Part shown: piece after piece, positions 8,264-15,900 of the stretch
Layout of the letters: each line of letters begins with the position of its first letter
Numbering within the stretch: position 1 is the first letter of the stretch
Source: a virus
Taxonomy: Duplodnaviria > Caudoviricetes
IMG/VR virus record: IMGVR_UViG_3300002092_000016
Coordinates: 1-36,943 of that record
Reading direction: 5' to 3' (one strand)
Length of the DNA: 36,943 nt
The notes under the pieces: model-generated
Database searches by the model: none
What the model was told of the DNA's origin: nothing
Seen by the model: the letters and a program-made list of their open reading frames with translations, nothing else
Translations under genes and position numbers: made by a program

Positions 8264-8793
8264 GCAAATGCCTTCAGTGCCTCGTTCCTATTGAGCCACC
8301 CCGAAAGGAATTTGGCACGTGATCCATGACCGATTTGCTCGTAGTGCTTTCTGCCAAGATCAATCAGTTTGAGGCACAGGTCGTGCTGGTCGGTCTGCCA
8401 AGATGCCCTAGTGGTATTTTCCCCCAGAATGCCATCCACCACGACATTGCCGAGTGCCGTCTGGAGGAGCTTGATGGCAGTCCCCTTGCCCATGTTGAGA
8501 CCGTAGTTGGCAACGATCTGAGCCACACTCGTGGGGAGCATTGCAAACGGTGCCCAGTACTTTCGGAAATACAACTCCACCACGTAGGTCACCGAGGGGG
8601 TACCAGTCATGACAAGACCATCCGACTGGGAGGTCAATCCAGCATACGTCCGTCCCTGACCGTCTGCTAGGTACTCATCCCGAATGTTTCCGAGAGGGTC
8701 GGTTTCCACCTCCCATTTGAGCATCAAGGCAAACCACTCACGGAAGGAAGCAGGTTTGTCTTGAGCAGCAACAATGAGGTCGGAGACTTTCAT
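8260..8793 (-). CDS. Endolysin, GH108-like with peptidoglycan-binding motif
   Basis: WE...GRTYAGLT, NMGKGTAIKLLQ, VDGILGENT, FLSGWLNR. Confidence 0.85.
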   Translation of the reverse strand: MKVSDLIVAAQDKPASFREWFALMLKWEVETDPLGNIRDEYLADGQGRTYAGLTSQSDGLVMTGTPSVTYVVELYFRKYWAPFAMLPTSVAQIVANYGLNMGKGTAIKLLQTALGNVVVDGILGENTTRASWQTDQHDLCLKLIDLGRKHYEQIGHGSRAKFLSGWLNRNEALKAFA

Positions 8794-9050
8794 TGTGGTG
8801 GCAGTTTGTCCTCACTGCTCTTTTGCCATGCCTTGGCACCTGCAAGAGATCCGGTGACTACGGACAGCAGGTTGGCAAGGTTGGGAGGACAGTCAAATGC
8901 CTCGTGATGGAGGGCATGACGCACCACGGTATAGACGACAAGGGCAACCACGGCACCGACTACGGCACCGAGTCCCAACCGGATAAACGAGGGTGACCCT
9001 CCGGTCTCGGAGAACGTCCTCTGCACCCAAGCAATGATCGAATGGATCAC
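8790..9050 (-). CDS. Holin-like two-TM protein
   Basis: GTGA-coupled start at 9050; two hydrophobic segments; directly upstream of the endolysin. Confidence 0.7.
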   Translation of the reverse strand: MIHSIIAWVQRTFSETGGSPSFIRLGLGAVVGAVVALVVYTVVRHALHHEAFDCPPNLANLLSVVTGSLAGAKAWQKSSEDKLPPQ

Positions 9051-9472
9051 GGGATGAAGTGGGCACACCACGTCAGAAGGAATCGTCCTGCTGTATAGGC
9101 AGCACCGAATCCTGCTATAAAACATCCAAACTCAATCACCCATTTCCACGGTGGGGTGAGGGGGATTTGAAAATCGTGGTATCGTGCCAGTAACCAGAAC
9201 CCAGAGATGATGCTGAAGAGATAGACGAGCACGTCCCGTTCCTTGGCATTCCTATGTGCTTCCACATGCCATTTGTTTGCACTTTCCGTCACTTTCTGTA
9301 GAGCAGCACCCTGCATCTGGAAATCTGCTTGGGCATGAACCAAAGCATCTTTGTTCTCCTGTTGGAGTTGACGCATATGATCCAAGGTTTTGAGGATGTC
9401 CCCCTTGGTGATCTCGGCATGACATGTCCATGCCGTGAACATGATGATCAGGACGTGTACAAGTTTTCTCAT
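9047..9472 (-). CDS. Signal peptide + coiled coil + two C-terminal TM helices (spanin-like inner-membrane partner)
   Basis: MRKLVHVLIIMFTAWTCHA|E signal, heptad-rich middle, two hydrophobic helices at the C-terminus. Confidence 0.65.
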   Translation of the reverse strand: MRKLVHVLIIMFTAWTCHAEITKGDILKTLDHMRQLQQENKDALVHAQADFQMQGAALQKVTESANKWHVEAHRNAKERDVLVYLFSIISGFWLLARYHDFQIPLTPPWKWVIEFGCFIAGFGAAYTAGRFLLTWCAHFIP

Positions 9473-9480
9473 TTTGTAGC

Positions 9481-9642
9481 TCAATGAGATTTCAGCCACT
9501 CGGTCACCACGACTGCTTTGGCATCTAGACGATCCGAGATCACTGCTGCCTTGGCTAGGTACTGGTCGGAGGTGGGGGCAATGGGAGAGACGGTGTGTAC
9601 ACACCCCGAAAGAAAAAGAGGGATAACGATGAGGAACCTCAT
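9481..9642 (-). CDS. 53-aa lipoprotein, o-spanin-like (absent from ORF track)
   Basis: MRFLIVIPLFLSG|CVHTVSPIAPTSDQYLAKAAVISDRLDAKAVVVTEWLKSH*; LSGC lipobox; ATGA-coupled. Confidence 0.8.
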   Translation of the reverse strand: MRFLIVIPLFLSGCVHTVSPIAPTSDQYLAKAAVISDRLDAKAVVVTEWLKSH

Positions 9643-9866
9643 TTGACTAGGTGAGATTGAATGGCAATCACGTCTGTCTGTAATCGATCAAGCATTTGCG
9701 TTTTGACCCCTGCCACGTAGACGGTAATGAAAATTTGGATGATTACTGCTGCCCCAATAGTACGGAGCAATGAGGCATTGCCTTGGGCAGCACGACCCCG
9801 TTCCTCAACAATGGCTCGGAGGGTGGCAATATCCTCCCTGAGAGCACTGACCTCGTCGGCACTCAC
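9639..9866 (-). CDS. Coiled-coil/single-TM lysis-cassette protein (holin or antiholin-like)
   Basis: Helix-TM-helix pattern; coupled on both sides. Confidence 0.65.
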   Translation of the reverse strand: MSADEVSALREDIATLRAIVEERGRAAQGNASLLRTIGAAVIIQIFITVYVAGVKTQMLDRLQTDVIAIQSHLVK

Positions 9867-10015
9867 GGGGCGACCTCCACGGAATCATTTGTTTGTGGTG
9901 CTGCTTTTTCCTGTGGTTCAAGAACCTCAACAGTTGTAACAGCAGTAACAGTGTAATTATTAGAATAAGCAGTGTAATCACCAATGACAACTTTTGTAAG
10001 TTTGCTATTTTTCAT
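9863..10015 (-). CDS. 50-aa hypothetical protein (absent from ORF track)
   Basis: MKNSKLTKVVIGDY...VEVAP*; ATGA overlap upstream and GTGA overlap downstream. Confidence 0.7.
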   Translation of the reverse strand: MKNSKLTKVVIGDYTAYSNNYTVTAVTTVEVLEPQEKAAPQTNDSVEVAP

Positions 10016-10851
10016 AGATTTGGGTATTTAGCAAGCAAGTATGCAGATATAGCACTTATTTCAGCACCGGACAATGCCCTGTCATAAACAAGGAGTTCTC
10101 TAATTTTACAGCTGGTGAAGAATTTATAATCTTGCTCAAAACCTGCACCTATTATAAGACCTTGGTTAATTGGAGTTGCTCCATAATTTGTGATGGAAGA
10201 AGAAGCGTTTAGAGACCCATTGAGGTAAAAGTAAGCATTTCCACTTGAGGATGGGTTTACTGACAACCCCAACACTGCTGCAGTAGGTGTTGCTGGAATT
10301 GCCGTAGTTCCGAAATTCTGTTCTCCAGTATAAGGTTTACCGATAACTGCCCCCCATTTAGGACTATAATAAAATGGAGATGTGGTTAATCCTGTTTCAA
10401 GTCCTGTTGCAGTTGCCCCCATGCTTGATACATAGGATTTTGTAGACACAATTAAACCTTTGCTATTTCCAAAAAGTTCAGTTCCAGAAACAGGGAATGT
10501 TGAATCTGCACTTATGTTTGCAATATAAGTAACTGGTGTGGTTTCGGATTGGGTAGTTGTAAAAATAGGAGGTGTAGCAAAAGCTGATGAACCATCAAAC
10601 TCAACTCCATCTCCTTGCTTGAGTGGGTATCCGTTCACTTTTACAGCATCAAAACCATTGCCGCTTAAATCTTTCCAAGTAATTACCGTACCTTCTACCT
10701 CAACATCTGCACCTGTTACATCCAATGTAGAAGAAGACAAAGAAGTTTCTAGCCACAACCTCAATCCAGACAAAGAGGAAGGGCTAAATGAGGTTGCCCC
10801 CAATGTCCTAGAAGCACACCCTAATCCCAAACTGAGTCCGAGTTGTGGCAT
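10012..10851 (-). CDS. LamG/concanavalin-like virion-associated lectin-fold protein
   Basis: SPSSLSGLRLWL, WKDLSGNG, FYLNG, IRELLVYDRALS...YLLAKY. Confidence 0.75.
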   Translation of the reverse strand: MPQLGLSLGLGCASRTLGATSFSPSSLSGLRLWLETSLSSSTLDVTGADVEVEGTVITWKDLSGNGFDAVKVNGYPLKQGDGVEFDGSSAFATPPIFTTTQSETTPVTYIANISADSTFPVSGTELFGNSKGLIVSTKSYVSSMGATATGLETGLTTSPFYYSPKWGAVIGKPYTGEQNFGTTAIPATPTAAVLGLSVNPSSSGNAYFYLNGSLNASSSITNYGATPINQGLIIGAGFEQDYKFFTSCKIRELLVYDRALSGAEISAISAYLLAKYPNL

Positions 10852-10857
10852 GGACTA

Positions 10858-11121
10858 CTATGTCTGATACGCAATGACCTTTCCAGAGACAAGGGTGAGA
10901 GTCGTAAAGACTCCGTAGAGTACCGTCCCTGCTGGAAACGTGACTCCAGTAAGGGAATCTCCAGTGAGGTTGCCAACGTACTTGGTTGAGTCCGTGACGT
11001 TGAGGACAGCATCAGCAATAACCTGCACGGCATAAAAATTGCCCGTGTAGGTATTGTTTCCAGAGATAAACTTGCCACCACCACCACCGGAATCAAACGG
11101 GTTACGGATATACATACTCAT
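10858..11121 (-). CDS. Small beta-rich structural protein
   Basis: GVTFPAGTVLYGVFTTLTLVSGKVIAY; tail-fibre region. Confidence 0.7.
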   Translation of the reverse strand: MSMYIRNPFDSGGGGGKFISGNNTYTGNFYAVQVIADAVLNVTDSTKYVGNLTGDSLTGVTFPAGTVLYGVFTTLTLVSGKVIAYQT

Positions 11122-11133
11122 AGTCGGGAGGGA

Positions 11134-11559
11134 TTAGGGGTTGGTGAGAGAGGACGGCAGCTTGCCCGAATAATCTTCCTTCTTGGTCTTTTGAGGCAGA
11201 CTCACGGAGGGATGATCGGTGGAATAGACTCCATCAATGGGGCACCCCAGATCGTTCCACCTACGGAGGATGTCGTTACTGGCATCCTTGGGGTATTTAG
11301 TGCTGACCGAGATGGCAGAGGTCGTGGGAACTGCTGCCGTGATTGCAATCGACGCACTGGTAACAATACCATCATTGGGGGTATCGGTCACCGTATAGGC
11401 ATTGGAGGCAAGGGTGGTTGCTACTCCGGTGGAAGTCACCACGGTTGCCACAATGAGATCAGCATCCTTAATGAAAGGGTAAGGGAAGGTGACAGTCTGA
11501 CCTGCCGTGTTTGTCCCCGTCACGAGGATCTGATTGTTAGGGAATGGATCTAATGACAT
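11134..11559 (-). CDS. Tail-fibre anchor-like domain protein
   Basis: TVTFPYPFIKDADLIV...YTVT resembles the N-terminus of the adjacent fibre (VVDFPFNLATELSV...FTVS). Confidence 0.6.
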   Translation of the reverse strand: MSLDPFPNNQILVTGTNTAGQTVTFPYPFIKDADLIVATVVTSTGVATTLASNAYTVTDTPNDGIVTSASIAITAAVPTTSAISVSTKYPKDASNDILRRWNDLGCPIDGVYSTDHPSVSLPQKTKKEDYSGKLPSSLTNP

Positions 11560-11577
11560 GGGGTTGTTGGGTTGGGG

Positions 11578-12942
11578 TTAATTGCCGTAAACGACAAGAC
11601 ATGCAGTGTTGGGGTTCTGTGCTGTTCCGGTTGAATCAACAAAATTTACCTCAACACTCGTGGTCTTCACGTAAGTTGCGGCTGCCCCTGCATTGATGAC
11701 TGCCAAGGCATTACTGGATGCCCCTTGTCCAGTGATCATCACGGCATAATTTGCGTCCGTCATGGGGGCAGAAAAATTGACTACAAAGTCCCCACCAGCA
11801 ACTTTTGCTACCGAGGATACGTTGTAGCTGCTTCTAATGGGGCATGCTTGGAACGTAATGGCATTGGCGTTGAGTGCCGTGGTTGCAACCGTGGTAATGG
11901 CAAACGTGGTGGTGGTTGGGGGTGGGCTTGCTAGGACAACATATGCCCCAGTTACGACACCGGACGTTGCGTAGACCGTGCTGCCAGCAATCAGTCCATG
12001 TGCCGTGGTTGTGGTGATCGTAGCAGTCGTTGTGCCAGCAGTACGGGATACCGTGGATGTTCCCCCTGCCCAAGATGCAACGGATGATCCATCAAAATTG
12101 ACCCATGCCTTGGAAGTGATCTTGGAAAGGGTGGAAGAAGTTTGAGGTGCTGTTGCCGTTGCTGAGTTGCCAGAACAAGTGGCAGCAGTGGTTGCCGTTG
12201 CTGAGTTGCCAGAACAAGTGGCAGCAGTGGTTGCTGTAGCAGCATTCCCAGAACAGGCAGCAGCAGTAGTTGCCGTGTCTGCATTGCCTGTGACATTCCC
12301 TGTGAGGGTGCCAGTGACATTCCCCGTCAAATTGCCGATGAACCCTGCAAGACCCGTTACGGCAGCAGCAAATGACCATCCCGTGCTAGTTGAGGTGGTC
12401 AGGTTGTAAGGGGCAATCGAGCCAGATCCAATGGATACCGTGGAGGGGTTGAGCCATTGCAAGGCACCAGATACTAGGGAAAGTGTCCAAGTACCCGTGG
12501 AAGGAGTGGAGGGCAAAGCAGAAATGTCTGCTGCCGTGTCAGACCCTCTGACGCACTTGCCAAGGCCACGTTTAAGCTGCTGGCAAAGTTGGGTGATCTT
12601 ATCAAAAGATGCCTCAATCGTAGCAGCAGGGAGACGATCTCCCGTGGTGTAGGAGGTGAGTTGGGTGTAATCAACGTTCCGAGCAATGGTCAATGTGGAG
12701 GTGGCAGGGACAGCATCGTAGACCGTGACTGACCCTGTGCTGCCACTACCCCCTGATACCGTGAACTTCCCCGTGGCAAGAGTGCTAGAGGTATAGGTCA
12801 GGGTGACCACGTTGGAACCGGAGTCGGTTGTGTAGACGGAGAGTTCCGTTGCAAGGTTGAACGGAAAGTCCACCACATAGGTTGCCCCAGCAGCAGCAGT
12901 GCCAGTGTAGGAATGGGAAGATATGTTGTTTGAAATGGACAT
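11578..12942 (-). CDS. Tail fibre protein
   Basis: T7 gp17-like anchor (TLTIAR...IEASFDKITQLCQQL), GNVTG and GNSATAT repeats, tip motifs AWVNFDG / IRSSYNVSSV / DANYAV. Confidence 0.85.
   Translation of the reverse strand: MSISNNISSHSYTGTAAAGATYVVDFPFNLATELSVYTTDSGSNVVTLTYTSSTLATGKFTVSGGSGSTGSVTVYDAVPATSTLTIARNVDYTQLTSYTTGDRLPAATIEASFDKITQLCQQLKRGLGKCVRGSDTAADISALPSTPSTGTWTLSLVSGALQWLNPSTVSIGSGSIAPYNLTTSTSTGWSFAAAVTGLAGFIGNLTGNVTGTLTGNVTGNADTATTAAACSGNAATATTAATCSGNSATATTAATCSGNSATATAPQTSSTLSKITSKAWVNFDGSSVASWAGGTSTVSRTAGTTTATITTTTAHGLIAGSTVYATSGVVTGAYVVLASPPPTTTTFAITTVATTALNANAITFQACPIRSSYNVSSVAKVAGGDFVVNFSAPMTDANYAVMITGQGASSNALAVINAGAAATYVKTTSVEVNFVDSTGTAQNPNTACLVVYGN
12152..12288. repeat. 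39-bp coding tandem repeat (13-aa TAATCSGNSATAT) in the fibre shaft
   Basis: Two identical units (12152-12190, 12191-12229), one degenerate (12230-12268), one partial. Confidence 0.9.
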
Positions 12943-12986
12943 CTCGTGGAATCTTTTAGTCTATATACACCCTTGACTCAAATTGT

Positions 12987-15900
12987 TTATTGGGGATTTT
13001 GCTCGTCTTCTACCGGATTAGAGACCGGATGATGCCCAGTCATGTGGTGGTATCTCCTGAGAATCTCTTTTTTACGTTCCACTGCTGCCTTGTACCTCTG
13101 TAAATCATCCTCATCCAAGGTCTTGACCCATTGCTTGTCTGTGGCACGAGACCCTGTGAATGGGTGATTAACGCTTGCCGTGAACCCTCTGGTGATCTCG
13201 TGGTGACTCATGCCTGACTCATCAAGGATCTTCATCTGCTTGGCAACGGATTCCTCGTTGGAATCCTCCAAAGCATACCGGAGTTGTTGGAACTTGGAGA
13301 CGGGGTAGGAACCCTTCTGGTCGTTCTCAGGGTAGTTTGCATGCACCCACTTTTTAGCCAAGGGGTACATGGTCGTGATTGGGGAGTACCGATGGATCTG
13401 AACCCCTGCCGAGGTGAGCATCTGTTCCCACCAAGAGATCGGGTTGGCTTTACCCGTTTGCGTCCATTGCCCCACCATTGATTGCATGCTCATGGGCACG
13501 ATCCCAGCAATGATGTCGGCAATGGCATTGCCCACGGTTGTGTGTTCCCCACGGTAATTGACCCCAAAGACCCCTTCCTGCACAAACCGTCCAAAGATCG
13601 GAGAGATACGTCCACCGATGAACCCTGTGGTATTGGTAGCCAACTTGTACATGTCCTCTGGAACTGACCGGAGACCGTAGTACTTGTTGCCAACACGGAT
13701 CTCAAAGGGGTGCTCCCACTCGTAATCGTCGTTGGTCAGTTTGTTGAAGATTCGTGCACCAACAAACTGAACGATGGCAAGGAACGCTAGTGCTTGGAGT
13801 TGCTCAGCACCAACTTTGCCCCCGACCAGACCCTTGGCAGCTTGAGCCACAAACCGACCACGTGCCTCAAGGAAATCAGGGGCAAGAAGGATGATCTGCA
13901 AAGCATGTCGGATCGTGGGGTTGTGCCCCATGTCGGTGTAGTTGAGGTGACCGTAGGCAGCATTGGACTGCCGTGCTGACAGGTTCTTGATCTGCCATTC
14001 GTCAACCGTGCCTTTGGCTAGGTCTTTCTTGTACCTGTCCATGTTCCTTTCCAAAATATGGGTGTAGGTCTGGAACTTGAGGGAAGGAATGTACTGGGAG
14101 AACAGGTAGTGCTGGTAGGCATCCACGGTGTCTGCTGCTTTTCCTCCCAATCCCCAACCAATTTTACGGAGTCCCATCGTGATGAGGTTGGAGTTGTTGT
14201 CCCCAACCCCCTCCATAAAGAGGGACTGACTCAACCGATCATGGGCAAGCATGAGTCCGTGATCAGCAGCATCCTTCATGTCAGGGTTGCGGAGATCGAT
14301 CTTGGGTAGACCAGCAAACGGGTTGATCCGGTGACCGATGGCATGGATGCCTTCCTGCACTTGGTGGAAGGGTGAGAAGGAAAGCATGGTGCCCTTGGCA
14401 TACCCTTGAGCCTTGAGTCCAAAGTTGGCGACAGATTTGGTCGCATTGAGGAAAGGGTTTCCCGTTTTGCTATTGATCCACCTCGTAATGGCAGAGGAGG
14501 AAAGTGCGTTATTGAGATGGGTAGCAATCTCAGGGTGAACAGCAAGGTCTCCTTTGGACAGGATCATGCTGCCGTCATCTGCCTTACCAGCAAACTTCCA
14601 ATCGTGCAGTGCTGGTTGGTCAAGTTTCTTGTAATCCTCGGTGCCCTCGTCAGCAGCATCAGGGTAGACCAAGTGGGTTGTTCCCTTGTCCGTTGTCGTG
14701 TCTTTGCCTGACCCTCTGCCTGAGAGAAGGGGTCTGCCATCTGATGCCTTGAGACCCCTCAATTCCTCCACAAACCTCCGTGAGTTGATGGCATTGGACA
14801 TGTCATTCATGTAGAGGCCGAGCAGCTTGGCAATATCCTTGGTCTCCGGTTGGTATCCGTTGGATTCCCCCTCGTGGTAGGTGTCAAAGGTTCTCTCTTG
14901 GGAGAACTTGAAAAACTCACTCAGTCTCTTGGGAGTGGAACCGGATGGTGCTTGTGGCTCGGTCTTGTAGACATGGGGCACATAGTTCTCCCGTGTACCC
15001 AAATCCAGACCCCACGAGTTGCCACGTTTGAGGAGGATGTCAAAGGTGCTCTTGATCTTATTGGCAAGTGCTTCTTGTTCTGGGGTGAAATTGAGTGCTG
15101 CCTCGTACCCTGCTTTGTATTTCTCAATAGCAGTCTTGGCACGGAGACGGAGCAGGGTTTTATCACCACCTGCTTCCAACCAGTTCGTGATGCCCTCACG
15201 GGTCACAAGGTTAGGGGCAACCTTTTCTACCTCGTGCTGTGCCCTTTCAATCTCGTTGGTGGATTGTTGGGATCTGCTTGACCACTTGAGGAGAGACTTC
15301 TTGAAAGGGGAGGCAGCAGGGAGATCCCTGATTGTCCTCTGGAGGTTACGGAGGGTTTCCTCACTCTTTTCACGGAGGGTGGGAGGGGGAGGGGTTTTCC
15401 CCGTGATGATGGGGGTATTCTTTTGGAAAAGAGTTTGCCCACCTTCAGAGATGGTCTGACGCATTTCTGGGGTGATTGAGACTTTCCAGATAGGGGTATG
15501 ATTTATTTCCTGCTCTGAAACCTCGTCGTATTTATCCCAAACTGAAATAGGAATGTCTTTGTCTTCCATTGCATCGACATATCCATTCTTTGAGAGCTTC
15601 TGGATAGAAATAGTTCCATCGTTTTCTTTCCATATTCTGTAAGCGTCATCGGGAGTTGACCATATTGTGCCACTACCTTTTATTTTTTGTTTGGCTTCTT
15701 CAATAGGCAATACTCCCTCCTCAACCTTTGCCCCCCACTTCTTGACATACTTGCCAATTTCGTTTGGAAGGATCTGGTCGTAGAAACCTTTCATACCTTC
15801 ACCACCAATCGTTAAGTCTTTGCCATTCAGTGTACCAGTGTCACCACCAGACATGATCTTTTCTGCCATCCCTTTCCCTATGACTTCATCCAAAGTCTTT

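Noticed and set aside
9472-9604. -1 frameshift fusing the lipoprotein to the TM protein to make a u-spanin
   Set aside because: The frame is open, but no canonical slippery heptamer follows the lipobox and the second gene has its own signal peptide.
9805-9990. 61-aa hydrophobic ORF from the track
   Set aside because: The alternative frame 9863-10015 is coupled at both ends and fits better.
12152-12288. CRISPR array or DGR template
   Set aside because: Contiguous in-frame coding repeats with no spacers; no reverse transcriptase or cas operon.
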